The notes beneath the pieces are model-generated. The model saw only the letters and a program-made list of their open reading frames with translations, was not told where the DNA came from and searched no databases. A stretch of 46,044 nt of DNA from a virus (Duplodnaviria; Caudoviricetes): positions 1 through 46,044 of the IMG/VR virus record IMGVR_UViG_3300026512_000020, one strand, 5' to 3'. Below, one piece after another: positions 28,461 to 37,719 of this stretch. How positions within the stretch are numbered: position 1 is the stretch's first letter; each line of letters opens with the position of its first letter. A program made the position numbers and the translations under genes.

Positions 28461-29636
28461 TATGTTTACGCTTACGTTGTAATCCCTATCAAGTTCTATT
28501 CCACAAACTGGACACTTATGTATTCTGTCTGCTAATGTCTTAGGAACCTTCTGCCCACACACAGAACAAATTTGCGTTGTATATGCGGGATTCACTCTTA
28601 CTACCCTTGCCCCTGCTATTACAGCTTTGTAGGTGGCAAAGGTAATGAGCATTCCCCACCCCGCATCAAGTATTAGTTTTGCTAAACTGTTGTTTTCCAC
28701 AAGTGCTGGTATGTCAAGCTTCTCAAAGGTTATCAAGTCATAGTTGTCAACAAGGTATTTTGATAGCTTATGAAGGAAGTCTCTCCTTGCATTCTTTATC
28801 CTTTCATGTATCTTAGCTACTCTCTTCCTTTGCTTTTCAAAGTTTGTGCTTCCTTTTTCTTTTCTGGAGAGCTTCTTTTGCTCTCTTTTGAGCCTCTTTT
28901 CCAGCTTTTGTAAAAACCTGGGATGCTCTATGAACTCTTTTTCACTCGTTACTGCAAGGTGTTTTACCCCCAAGTCTATCCCTACGGCTTTTTCTCTCCT
29001 TTCTACTTTCTCTTCTACCTCTTTGAGTATCTGGTCAAGACCAACTTCTACACTTATACATACATACCAGTTCCCACTCGGTTCTCTTTTTACCGTTACT
29101 GTTTTCGCTTTTGTCCAGTCTATCTCTCTATGCAGTCTTATTTTGAGCTTTCCTATCTTAGGTAAGTGGAGATATGCAAATTGGCTATTTTTCTTTTCTA
29201 ACTTGATTATCGGAACTAGCTCCCCTTTCTGTTTCATCCAGACTTGTAGAAATGTTAGAGACCTGTATTTTACTATCGGTTTCTTCTTAGGGTAACCTAC
29301 CTTGTCTTTTTCTCCCTTCTTTTTCCTTTTCAGGTCTTGAAAAAACTTCTGAAATGCTTTATCTACTCTCCTGAGTGTATCCTGAAGAACCTGAGAATGA
29401 ATAAGCTTTAGTATCGGTTCTCTTTTCTTGAGCTTTGGTAGATTATTTTGTTGTTCTGAATATCTTACAGTCCTCTCTTCTTCTTTCCAGACTCTTTTTC
29501 TTTCTTCAAGTGCATAGTTGTAGAGCCAGCATAAAACAAAAAGCCAATTCTCTAGCTTATACTCTTGCAGAGCAGTAGGGTAAGCTCTGAATTTGTAGGT
29601 AAGCAGGAATTTACTTTCTTCCTTGACTCTGGACAT
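28266..29636 (-). CDS. tnpB: RNA-guided endonuclease TnpB
   Basis: TYKFRAYPT..LYNYAL helix-turn-helix region, GIDLG (RuvC-I), FEKL (RuvC-II), CSVC..CPVC Zn finger, DRDYN (RuvC-III); GGAGG RBS. Confidence 0.95.
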   Translation of the reverse strand: MSRVKEESKFLLTYKFRAYPTALQEYKLENWLFVLCWLYNYALEERKRVWKEEERTVRYSEQQNNLPKLKKREPILKLIHSQVLQDTLRRVDKAFQKFFQDLKRKKKGEKDKVGYPKKKPIVKYRSLTFLQVWMKQKGELVPIIKLEKKNSQFAYLHLPKIGKLKIRLHREIDWTKAKTVTVKREPSGNWYVCISVEVGLDQILKEVEEKVERREKAVGIDLGVKHLAVTSEKEFIEHPRFLQKLEKRLKREQKKLSRKEKGSTNFEKQRKRVAKIHERIKNARRDFLHKLSKYLVDNYDLITFEKLDIPALVENNSLAKLILDAGWGMLITFATYKAVIAGARVVRVNPAYTTQICSVCGQKVPKTLADRIHKCPVCGIELDRDYNVSVNILKKGLTHLTGGRVGATQTYACGEGTGGSLPCGSASYPSLKQESPCGSSGWGNNPLPEASSVRAE

Positions 29637-29713
29637 ATCTTTTTATGTCCTCCAGTGCTCTGTATCCCCTCCCTTACGGAAGGGGACTTAGAGTATATTT
29701 TTAGTTAAACATT

Positions 29714-30007
29714 TTAATTCTTTTTATCAATTGTCTTACTTGCTTCTAAACTAGTCATATAAACATGACAAAAAAATTTATACCAGTAAATCAAATCTGC
29801 TAGAAACAATCTGTCTTCTTTGCTGAAAACTTTATCAAGCGAATTACTATATCTTAGCAACCATTCTAGACTTTCTCCATTTACACTAGAATAAAGTTTT
29901 TCGGGGTCAGGGACATATCTTTTATCCTTTACTTCTCTGATGTAAATTTTCTTAAATCTATTCATATTTTTCATATCAACTTTCTCCTTTTTCTTATATT
30001 TTATCAT
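29714..30007 (-). CDS. Hypothetical protein
   Basis: 97 aa ORF; may start at the internal MKNM after AAGGAG. Confidence 0.55.
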   Translation of the reverse strand: MIKYKKKEKVDMKNMNRFKKIYIREVKDKRYVPDPEKLYSSVNGESLEWLLRYSNSLDKVFSKEDRLFLADLIYWYKFFCHVYMTSLEASKTIDKKN

Positions 30008-30008
30008 T

Positions 30009-30731
30009 TTATACTTTTCTTAAAACTGTATTTTTGTAATACCAATTAAAAAACTCACTTAAATCTTTTTCTATTCTATCAAGAAAATCATTTAAATCAC
30101 AAAAATTTTCTTCTTCAATAAAAGTTTCTACTCTTGTAAGCATAAACATATTATCTTCAATCCCATTACCCCATAATTTTACATATTTGCCATATTTTTC
30201 TTCAATTTCCCACCTAAATTTATTCAATAATTTTTTACCCATATAAATTGCAAAAAATCTGAACAAATCCAAAGCAAGAAAATCTAAAATTTCAAAAAAA
30301 GTTATGGTAGCTCTTCTTAAGTCATAATTGACAGTATGATAAATCATATCTTCAATTGCATCATAAACATAACTCAATTCAATAGGATATTTCTTTTTGT
30401 CTTTTTTAACTTTATCATAAGAAGCTTTAACTTTATCTATAACATTATCCAAACTTAATTTTTTACCATAATATTCTTCTTTTAAAATCCAACTCATTAA
30501 AAAATGCCATATATCAATTAATTCAATTCTAGCATTTTGTATATCATTTTCTTTCTCTTTCCACCATTCCCAATTATAACAATTAAGCAATTCAACAAGC
30601 TCTACTATAACAGCTCTTGGAAAATTAAAATCTTCCCTATTCCACCACTCTTTATCCAACTTTTTGTTCAAACTATCTTGTTCTTCAAACATAATTTTAA
30701 AAATTTCTCTTTCATCTACCTTATTTTTCAT
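30009..30731 (-). CDS. Dimeric (all-alpha) dUTPase
   Basis: ELVELL..WEWWK, ELIDIWHF, K..LN.FR, Y.K.W..GIEDN motifs of dUTPase_2. Confidence 0.88.
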   Translation of the reverse strand: MKNKVDEREIFKIMFEEQDSLNKKLDKEWWNREDFNFPRAVIVELVELLNCYNWEWWKEKENDIQNARIELIDIWHFLMSWILKEEYYGKKLSLDNVIDKVKASYDKVKKDKKKYPIELSYVYDAIEDMIYHTVNYDLRRATITFFEILDFLALDLFRFFAIYMGKKLLNKFRWEIEEKYGKYVKLWGNGIEDNMFMLTRVETFIEEENFCDLNDFLDRIEKDLSEFFNWYYKNTVLRKV

Positions 30732-30749
30732 TTTAAATTTTCCCCCTTT

Positions 30750-30977
30750 CTACTCTTTAAATATTTCTTTTATTATAATAGCTTCACATTGCTGACAAAT
30801 TTTGCCAGAATATCCAGAAATGTAAGACCAATTTGAATATACAATTACACCACCAATAATCACATCATAAACACAACTACTACACAAACAACATTTATCT
30901 TTTCTTATTTTATATTTTAAATGGTTTTTTACTTTATTAAATTTGAAAGTTTCTATTTTATTCATATTTCTCACCAT
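30750..30977 (-). CDS. Small Cys-rich hypothetical protein
   Basis: CCLC..C and CQQC motifs. Confidence 0.55.
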   Translation of the reverse strand: MVRNMNKIETFKFNKVKNHLKYKIRKDKCCLCSSCVYDVIIGGVIVYSNWSYISGYSGKICQQCEAIIIKEIFKE

Positions 30978-30986
30978 ATCAACTGT

Positions 30987-31436
30987 TTATACTTTAACTT
31001 TTTCTACTTCAATTAAATTTTGTTCCAGCAATTCTTTTATCAAATTATCTTCAACATAATCTTCACAGTAATAAACTTTTTTAATTCCAGTATTTATTAA
31101 CTGTTTCAGACACCAATAACAAGGCATTAATGTGCAAAATACTACACTACCTTTTAAGCTTATACCATACATTGCTGCTTGACAAATTAAGTTAGCTTCA
31201 GCGTGAACAGCTCTACAAATTTCAAAATGCTTTCCAGATGAGATATTTTGTCTTAAACAACCAAGTTCTGAGCAATGCATAGCTCCCATTACAGCTCCAT
31301 TATAACCAGTAGCTAAAATTCTTTTACCTTCCCAATCAACAGCTATTGCACCAACTTTTCTTTTTAAACAAGTGCTTCTTTCTGCTACTTTAAAGGCAAT
31401 TTCCATAAAATATGTTTTCCAATCTTTTCTACTCAT
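30987..31436 (-). CDS. dCMP deaminase
   Basis: RSTC.KRKVGA, TGYNG, HAEAN, PCYWC. Start moved to MSRKDW at 31436 (GGGG RBS). Confidence 0.92.
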   Translation of the reverse strand: MSRKDWKTYFMEIAFKVAERSTCLKRKVGAIAVDWEGKRILATGYNGAVMGAMHCSELGCLRQNISSGKHFEICRAVHAEANLICQAAMYGISLKGSVVFCTLMPCYWCLKQLINTGIKKVYYCEDYVEDNLIKELLEQNLIEVEKVKV

Positions 31437-31446
31437 TATTTTCCCC

Positions 31447-31821
31447 TTATTTAAATTCTGACCTATCAATGCAAATATAAGTAAAATCTACTATAGCCTT
31501 AGAAGCTCTATCCACATTACCAGTTTTTACATCATAACAAATGGAATAACACAATCCATAATATTTTTTCATAACTTCTTTTAATGTATTATAATTTGAA
31601 GTAGTAGCATAATTTGCAAAATGTTTAACATACATAGAAGCAATTTTCTTACAACTACTGCTACCAGAAGCCAACCAATAACAACCAGACAACAACAAAG
31701 TTTCATTGACACAAAGTGTTAACTTATTCTTATCAAAAAATCCAATACTATCAGCATACAAATTAAAACTTGAAAAAACACCGAAAATAAAAAATAAAAC
31801 AAGAGAAACAATCTTTTTCAT
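31447..31821 (-). CDS. Secreted/periplasmic Cys-containing protein
   Basis: Sec-like signal peptide MKKIVSLVLFFIFGVFSSFNLYA; six Cys; own promoter upstream. Confidence 0.65.
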   Translation of the reverse strand: MKKIVSLVLFFIFGVFSSFNLYADSIGFFDKNKLTLCVNETLLLSGCYWLASGSSSCKKIASMYVKHFANYATTSNYNTLKEVMKKYYGLCYSICYDVKTGNVDRASKAIVDFTYICIDRSEFK

Positions 31822-31852
31822 TTTAACACCCCCTTCTTTTTTATTTCATTAT

Positions 31853-31880
31853 ATTTTATCACATTTTTCTGTTTTGTCAA
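31853..31880 (-). promoter_or_regulatory. Sigma70-type promoter with extended -10
   Basis: TTGACA (31880-31875), 16-nt spacer ending TGA, TAAAAT (31858-31853). Confidence 0.7.
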
Positions 31881-31908
31881 TTATATTTACCATTTTTAAT
31901 TAAAAATT

Positions 31909-32112
31909 TTAAATGTTATTTTCATTTAATATTTTTACTGACAATATTTCATTTTTCTTTATTATTACTGGTTCATTAAGGCTAATATCATTTCCAGACA
32001 AGAATTCAACAAAACCATCATTATCAAATTTAACACTTTTCACTTCAATCCTTCTTAATCCATAAAAAGTTTTAATTTCAACTTTTTTACCAACGATATT
32101 TTCTGCTAACAT
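31909..32112 (-). CDS. Small beta-rich hypothetical protein
   Basis: 67 aa, AGGAGG RBS. Confidence 0.6.
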   Translation of the reverse strand: MLAENIVGKKVEIKTFYGLRRIEVKSVKFDNDGFVEFLSGNDISLNEPVIIKKNEILSVKILNENNI

Positions 32113-32124
32113 TTTTTCCTCCTT

Positions 32125-32469
32125 TTATTCAATAATTTCTATTATTTTTTGAATTGCTTTATACTCTGGATTAATTTTATATTGTATAAAATCACCAATA
32201 AATAAAAATATAAATACTATAAATAAAACCAAACAAATAAACAATGTTATTCCAGAAAAAAATGCTATAGTTTCTTTTCTATCATTGCTTTTTCCCCTAG
32301 AACAAATAATTAAAGATATTAAACAAATTACACCAACTATAAAACAACAAATAAGAGTTAAAACATCATTATAAATGCTAAGTAAAACTTGTTTTTTACC
32401 AATAATTAAAAGTTGAGGAAGTTTTTGTTTGATTTCTTGTAAAATAACTAAAGCTGTCTTATCAGTCAT
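32125..32469 (-). CDS. Two-TM membrane protein
   Basis: 114 aa, two hydrophobic helices, C-terminal INPEYKAI; first gene of the leftward operon. Confidence 0.65.
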   Translation of the reverse strand: MTDKTALVILQEIKQKLPQLLIIGKKQVLLSIYNDVLTLICCFIVGVICLISLIICSRGKSNDRKETIAFFSGITLFICLVLFIVFIFLFIGDFIQYKINPEYKAIQKIIEIIE

Positions 32470-32502
32470 TTTTATACACCCCCCTTTTTTAATTTTAATT
32501 AT

Positions 32503-32531
32503 ATTATACCATAAAAATTACAAAATGTCAA
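32503..32531 (-). promoter_or_regulatory. Consensus sigma70 promoter (leftward operon)
   Basis: TTGACA (32531-32526), 17-nt spacer ending TGG, TATAAT (32508-32503). Confidence 0.85.
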
Positions 32532-32754
32532 TAGACCATTCAGTAATTCATCAGTAAAATCTTGTGAAAACAAGAAATATCAATACTTTCACAATGATTT
32601 AAACTACAAAAAGTTTAATTTGCTTTTTTTTGTTTTATATATTTATTATTAAGACATAATATAATACTGACAGGAAGAAATAAACAAAAGTAATTAAATT
32701 TACATAAATAACTAGAACAAAAAAAAACAGAAAAAAGCAATTGGATTTCTATCC

Positions 32755-32783
32755 TTGTCAGTTTTTAGGTTTTATGTTATAAT
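32755..32783 (+). promoter_or_regulatory. Sigma70 promoter P1 (rightward operon)
   Basis: TTGTCA (32755-32760), 17-nt spacer ending TGT, TATAAT (32778-32783). Confidence 0.7.
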
Positions 32784-32829
32784 TTAAAGAAGACTAAATT
32801 TAATTTTATAAAAAGTATTCCGCTTGGGC

Positions 32830-32857
32830 TTGACTTAAATTTGTTTTATGGTATAAT
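32830..32857 (+). promoter_or_regulatory. Sigma70 promoter P2 (rightward operon)
   Basis: TTGACT (32830-32835), 16-nt spacer ending TGG, TATAAT (32852-32857). Confidence 0.8.
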
Positions 32858-32880
32858 AGAAAAAATTAAAGGAGTTTGGT

Positions 32881-34701
32881 ATGAGAACTGATAAGAAAGC
32901 AATTTATAATGTTAAGTTTGCAAACAAGGAAGTTCAAATTTCTCCTCAAGATTGGGTTATTATAAGGATTAAGAGATACAAAATGGAATTTAAGACTGAT
33001 TTTGGAAAAAGAACTAAAGAATTTGCTCTCAATAGAGTTTTAATAGCAAGAGTTAAGTTTATTAAAAAAGAAAAGAAGTATTTTAAGTTAATAGTAATAG
33101 GACTTTTTCCAGAGCTTGAGAAAATGTATTATTACATTGATTTAAATACAAGAAATGTAGATTTTCTTTCTTTTGTTCCAAGAGATATTTGGTCTGATTT
33201 AACTAATATGTTTGGTTTATATTGGAAAAATAGAGAAAGATTTTATAAGGTAATGGATAAGCTTTATAGGTCAGTAATACTTGCTAAGAATAATAAAATT
33301 TATAGTAAGTTAAGGTTAAAGAAGATTGAAGTGGTAAAAAAGAAAGATTTTATTGACATTTTTGAGAGTTGTTTACAGAGAAATGCTACTGGTAGGTTGT
33401 GGAATTTTACTAAACTTACAAATGTAAAAAATTGTAGATTATACATAAAAAATCAGTATAATCAAAAAGTTTGTATAACTTTTTCAAAACTGGAAAGGGT
33501 TTATAATGCTCTTAGTGATAAAGTAAAGAATAGAAGTGATTTTTTGCAGATTTTTTCAATATTAGTGTGGTATAAATGCTATTTTGGATATAGTTCTTAT
33601 GAAGAAGATTTTGTGGATAGAGCATTTAAGTTGTATGAAAAAATGATAAGTAATGTGAGAAAGAGAAGACCAGATAAAGCTTTTCCAGTTTATGAAAAAA
33701 TATATAATTTTTGTTATAGATTTTTGAATAGAGAAAATTATATACTGAATTCTTGTTTTTCATTATTTTTGCCAATGATTTCAGATAGGGTTAAAGATGA
33801 GATGATAAATAAGTATCTTTTTAGGGCTTGGAAGTGGAATAATTTTGATATAAATTTTTTGAAGCAGTTTAGAAGAAGAGTTGTTAAAGATTTAAATTAT
33901 CAGAAAGCTAAATATGGGAAATTTAAAAGATTTCCTTTTCATTTGTTTTCTTCTATAAAGAAAGGTGATGATGATATTGAAAGAGAAAGTCTTTTAGAAA
34001 ATTATAAAAAATTATTGAATACTGATATTTCAAGGGATACAAGATATTTTAATGCTTATAAGAAGCTTGTATTTGATTTTTACTCAAGATTAAGAGAAAG
34101 AATATTTAATAAAGCTAAAAAGTATGATATTAAGTCTGTTGCAAGAGTTTATTCTTATAAGTATGGAATAAATCAGAGAATGTTTGAATTTGTTATTGAA
34201 AAATATTATTTAAATCCAGAGTTGTCAGATAATGATGTTAAAAGGGCAGCTTTGTTATATTTAAAGGATTATATACCAAGAGAAGAGATATTAGAAGTTT
34301 TAGGAGTTAAGAGAGAGTTTGACAAGATAAGAGCTATTTATATGTCAATGAGAAATTTTGTAGATTTTCTTGATAAAGAAAGAATAAAAAGTGAAAATGA
34401 TTTTCTTGAAGAAAAATTGGAGTATATGAAATTTAAAAAAGATAATGAAGTTGAACTTTCAAATAAGCATTCTTGGTTTGGTAGGTTCTATTTAAATGAA
34501 GAAGAAGTTGATGAGTTTTGTAAATTAAAACCTAATATAAGTAAAAACAATATAGCATTACAGTATTGGATAACAAGAGTTACAAGAGATTGTGCATATT
34601 CCTTTTTAAACTATTTACCAGATTTTGTTTATTTTGCAAAAAATTTAGAAGAAAAAGAAAGAAACTACTTGACAAGAAAAACATTTTATGGTATAATATA
34701 A
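32881..34701 (+). CDS. Large basic hypothetical protein (606 aa)
   Basis: AAGGAG RBS, K/R/Y/F-rich, first gene of the replication/recombination arm; no family recognised. Confidence 0.7.
   Translation: MRTDKKAIYNVKFANKEVQISPQDWVIIRIKRYKMEFKTDFGKRTKEFALNRVLIARVKFIKKEKKYFKLIVIGLFPELEKMYYYIDLNTRNVDFLSFVPRDIWSDLTNMFGLYWKNRERFYKVMDKLYRSVILAKNNKIYSKLRLKKIEVVKKKDFIDIFESCLQRNATGRLWNFTKLTNVKNCRLYIKNQYNQKVCITFSKLERVYNALSDKVKNRSDFLQIFSILVWYKCYFGYSSYEEDFVDRAFKLYEKMISNVRKRRPDKAFPVYEKIYNFCYRFLNRENYILNSCFSLFLPMISDRVKDEMINKYLFRAWKWNNFDINFLKQFRRRVVKDLNYQKAKYGKFKRFPFHLFSSIKKGDDDIERESLLENYKKLLNTDISRDTRYFNAYKKLVFDFYSRLRERIFNKAKKYDIKSVARVYSYKYGINQRMFEFVIEKYYLNPELSDNDVKRAALLYLKDYIPREEILEVLGVKREFDKIRAIYMSMRNFVDFLDKERIKSENDFLEEKLEYMKFKKDNEVELSNKHSWFGRFYLNEEEVDEFCKLKPNISKNNIALQYWITRVTRDCAYSFLNYLPDFVYFAKNLEEKERNYLTRKTFYGII
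34669..34697 (+). promoter_or_regulatory. Consensus sigma70 promoter
   Basis: TTGACA (34669-34674), 17-nt spacer ending TGG, TATAAT (34692-34697). Confidence 0.85.
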
Positions 34702-34724
34702 TTAAAAAGAGAAGGAGAAGATAA

Positions 34725-35153
34725 ATGGAAAAGATAGTAAGTTTAAAAGAGCTTAAAATTGATTATGTAGTTGAGCAATTTAAGGATTTTTTAAATGAGA
34801 TTAAAGTTGATGATTTTAATATTAAGGAGATTGTAAGAGATTATCCAGCAAGAAAAGCAAGGTATAGTTTAGCTCTTGCAAGGACTAAAGCAAAGCTTTT
34901 ATGGTATAAAGCATTGCAGAAGAAAGTTTATTATGAAATTTATAAAGAGATTAGAGAAAATGCAAAAAGTAAATTAACTGAGGAAATGATTAAATCTATG
35001 ATTTATACTGATGATAGATATATGGAAATTACAAAGAAAGTGATAGAGCTGGAAGAGAAAGTTGGAATATTGGAAGCTTGTAAGCAAGCATTTGATGATT
35101 TAGGAAGAATGATTTATTTGATTTTTGATAAAGAAGAGATAAATAGCTTATAA
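34725..35153 (+). CDS. UvsY-like recombination mediator
   Basis: Helical 142 aa with KLTEEMIKSMIYTDDRY pattern; upstream of SSB-like and recA genes. Confidence 0.6.
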   Translation: MEKIVSLKELKIDYVVEQFKDFLNEIKVDDFNIKEIVRDYPARKARYSLALARTKAKLLWYKALQKKVYYEIYKEIRENAKSKLTEEMIKSMIYTDDRYMEITKKVIELEEKVGILEACKQAFDDLGRMIYLIFDKEEINSL

Positions 35154-35178
35154 AAAATAAAAAAGGGGGTATGTAGAA

Positions 35179-35514
35179 ATGATGCAATTGAATGAAGTTA
35201 CAGAAAATGTGCTTGAAACTATTTTTAATGGTGGTATTTTTGATTATGATAAAATTCCAGAAAATGAAAGAGAGACTTTTGATAAGTTGCGAGAAGATTT
35301 AAAAAAGTTGATTTCTAGTATTTATCCAGTTGTATTTGCAAATGAAGATTACAAGAAGATTAAAGATGTTAAAGATATTATAAAGCATTCTGTATTTCAG
35401 TCAATTTGGATATTAACATTTATGATAATAATGTTTCCAGAACTTAGAGAACTTATTCTTGGTAATAATGTAGCTGATAAGGTTGTAAATAATGATAGTA
35501 ATACATTGAATTAA
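35179..35514 (+). CDS. Hypothetical protein
   Basis: 111 aa, GGGGG RBS. Confidence 0.6.
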   Translation: MMQLNEVTENVLETIFNGGIFDYDKIPENERETFDKLREDLKKLISSIYPVVFANEDYKKIKDVKDIIKHSVFQSIWILTFMIIMFPELRELILGNNVADKVVNNDSNTLN

Positions 35515-35539
35515 AAAATAAAGTAAAGGGGGTATAAAT

Positions 35540-36343
35540 ATGGCAGAATTAACAAGAGAACAGCTGGAAGCAATGGGACTTAATGAAGAGCAGATAAATG
35601 CTGTATTGGGTGTAATTTATGGTTCAAATACAATTCAAATGCCTTTTCCTATTGCTAAAGTTAATTATGATAGTGAGCTTGCTCCAGTAGGAGTGTGGGC
35701 TATTAATCCAGTTAAAGATGATGAGGGAAATGTGGTGTCTTATGATAAAGTTCTTAGTAATCCAGTAAAAATGAGATTTTTAAAGAGTTTGTTTCAATAT
35801 TCTAAATTTGATGCTGATTTAGGGAAGAAAGTAGTAACAAGCAATATTTTTGAGATGAGAAATATTGCAAATGCTTATGATTTGAAGACTGGAGTAGCTA
35901 TTGTTCAGTTAAAAGAAGAGCAAGAAGGGATAAAGTTGCAAAGGATTTCTTTGATTGAGTTTATTGATGATAGTGGTGATAAGTTTTATGCTATTGCTTA
36001 TATAAAAGGAGCTTATTTATTTAATCTTAATAATATAATTCAGAAGTATAGTGGTGAAGGACATTTGTCAAAGATTTTTACAATAAAAAATGTAAAAGAG
36101 AAAAAAGGAGCTGTTATTTATTTTGTTCCAGAGCTTGTTGAAGTAGAAGATTATGATATTATGCAGAGTATAAAAGAAGATGCAGAGAAGATTAATAAGT
36201 TTATTAAGTGGGCAAAAGATTATAATAATCTTTATAATAAGTTAAGGTCTGAACAGATTGGTGCTGGTAGTATAGAAAGTGAAGCTACTGTTGAAAGTGG
36301 TGATAATATAGATTTGAATGTGGAAGTTGATGAAATATTTTAG
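35540..36343 (+). CDS. Putative single-stranded DNA-binding protein
   Basis: Beta-rich core; acidic tail ending in an aromatic residue (DNIDLNVEVDEIF); directly before recA. Confidence 0.6.
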   Translation: MAELTREQLEAMGLNEEQINAVLGVIYGSNTIQMPFPIAKVNYDSELAPVGVWAINPVKDDEGNVVSYDKVLSNPVKMRFLKSLFQYSKFDADLGKKVVTSNIFEMRNIANAYDLKTGVAIVQLKEEQEGIKLQRISLIEFIDDSGDKFYAIAYIKGAYLFNLNNIIQKYSGEGHLSKIFTIKNVKEKKGAVIYFVPELVEVEDYDIMQSIKEDAEKINKFIKWAKDYNNLYNKLRSEQIGAGSIESEATVESGDNIDLNVEVDEIF

Positions 36344-36353
36344 GATTTAATTT

Positions 36354-36377
36354 GGGAGACACTAAAAAGTGTCTCCC
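36354..36377 (+). terminator. Perfect 10-bp stem-loop (weak terminator or processing hairpin)
   Basis: GGGAGACACT-AAAA-AGTGTCTCCC followed by an imperfect T tract. Confidence 0.65.
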
Positions 36378-36409
36378 TATTGCTTTGATTTTATATAAGG
36401 AGTTTTAAA

Positions 36410-37435
36410 ATGTTTGACTTGTCAAAAATAGCTGAAAAAATGAAAAGTAAGTATAAAGACGAGATAATTTTGAGTATTTATGAGGAAGATGATGTAGATT
36501 TAGAAAATTTAAAGTTAATTCCAACTGATTTAATTGGTATTGATTATGTGTTGGGAGTGCCAGGGATACCAATGCATAAGATTACTCAGATAGCTGGATT
36601 TGAGGATAGTGGAAAATCTTTGCTTATGTTTACTATTATAAAACAATTTCAAAAGTATTATAAAAGTGGTATTCCAGTTCTTGCTGATACAGAGTATTCT
36701 TTTAATGAAAGATTTTTTACAAATCTTGGTGGAGATGTAAAAAGAATAGTGGTTGCTACTCCAAAAACAATTGAAGAGACTTTTACTTTTTTTGAAGATG
36801 TAGTTGGGGAGATTAGGAAAGAATATGGATATGAGCCACATATTTTATTGTGTATTGATAGTTTAAGTGTGGCAGTAGAAGATGAGATAGATAAAAGTTC
36901 CAATCAACCCGGAATTCACGCACGAATATTGTCAAGGGTGTTTAGAAAGATTAGACCACTTTTACCACAATGGAATGCAACTTTAATTTATATTTCTCAA
37001 AATAAAGAAAAGATTGGGACTTTTTATGGTGGTATTGCAAGGCTTGGTGGACACGCTGTTGAGTTTGCTCCTATTATGACTTTAGAAATAAAAAGATTAA
37101 AAGAAGAAAAAGATAATACTGGAGAAACTATTGGAATTCATTTTAGATTAAAAAATACTAAAAATCATATTTCAGTTCCATTTAGAGAAACAGAACTTTA
37201 TTTTTCTTTGAAAAGTTATAGATTTGTTAATGGATATAATTTGGTTATGCTTGCCCAAAAATTAGGAATAGTTAAGGCTGGAAATAAAGGCTGGTTTCAG
37301 TTTAATGGAAAGAATTATAGATTTGCTGATTTAGTGAAAGAGCTTGAAAGTAATAGTGAAATTGAATGGCAAATTAGAGAAAAATTTAATTTAGTTTTGG
37401 ATAAAAAGTATTTGTTGGGGGGAGAAAATGAGTAA
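36410..37435 (+). CDS. recA: RecA/UvsX-like recombinase
   Basis: GFEDSGKS Walker A, DTE, IDSL Walker B, ARILS, SQ..EKIG, GGHAVEF, KN....PFR. Confidence 0.9.
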   Translation: MFDLSKIAEKMKSKYKDEIILSIYEEDDVDLENLKLIPTDLIGIDYVLGVPGIPMHKITQIAGFEDSGKSLLMFTIIKQFQKYYKSGIPVLADTEYSFNERFFTNLGGDVKRIVVATPKTIEETFTFFEDVVGEIRKEYGYEPHILLCIDSLSVAVEDEIDKSSNQPGIHARILSRVFRKIRPLLPQWNATLIYISQNKEKIGTFYGGIARLGGHAVEFAPIMTLEIKRLKEEKDNTGETIGIHFRLKNTKNHISVPFRETELYFSLKSYRFVNGYNLVMLAQKLGIVKAGNKGWFQFNGKNYRFADLVKELESNSEIEWQIREKFNLVLDKKYLLGGENE

Positions 37436-37715
37436 TAGTAAGACTGTTATTTGGGTTAGAACTGTTATCAGAAAAGAGCCTTATCCTTCTTTTCTATATA
37501 AGAAAGAGTTTGATAATATTTTAATTACAAATTTGACTATCATTGAGATTGGAGAAATAATGCTTGGTGTAGCTGATATTTCTTTGAGAATAGAAGAAGG
37601 AAAGTTAATTTCAAATATTTTTACTTCAGAACTGTTGATAGAAGATTTTGGTTTTAAGGAGTTTGATTATTTATTAAAGAAAAATGGTTTTGAACTTGTA
37701 TTAAATACAAATTAA
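37428..37715 (+). CDS. Hypothetical protein
   Basis: 95 aa, coupled to recA. Confidence 0.55.
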   Translation: MSNSKTVIWVRTVIRKEPYPSFLYKKEFDNILITNLTIIEIGEIMLGVADISLRIEEGKLISNIFTSELLIEDFGFKEFDYLLKKNGFELVLNTN

Positions 37716-37719
37716 GGGG

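Larger units (their letters stand above)
28261..29703 (-). mobile_element. IS200/IS605-family (IS1341-like, tnpB-only) insertion sequence
   Basis: Visibly higher GC and CG content than the flanks; tnpB without tnpA; subterminal hairpins with GTAA loops at 29665-29686 and 28269-28288; right end ...GTAGTTCAC; no terminal inverted repeats or target duplication. Left boundary is inferred. Confidence 0.88.

Noticed and set aside
34897-34910. TTTTATGGTATAAA promoter-like motif inside the UvsY-like gene
   Set aside because: No -35 hexamer at a 16-18 nt spacing, and the last -10 base is non-consensus.
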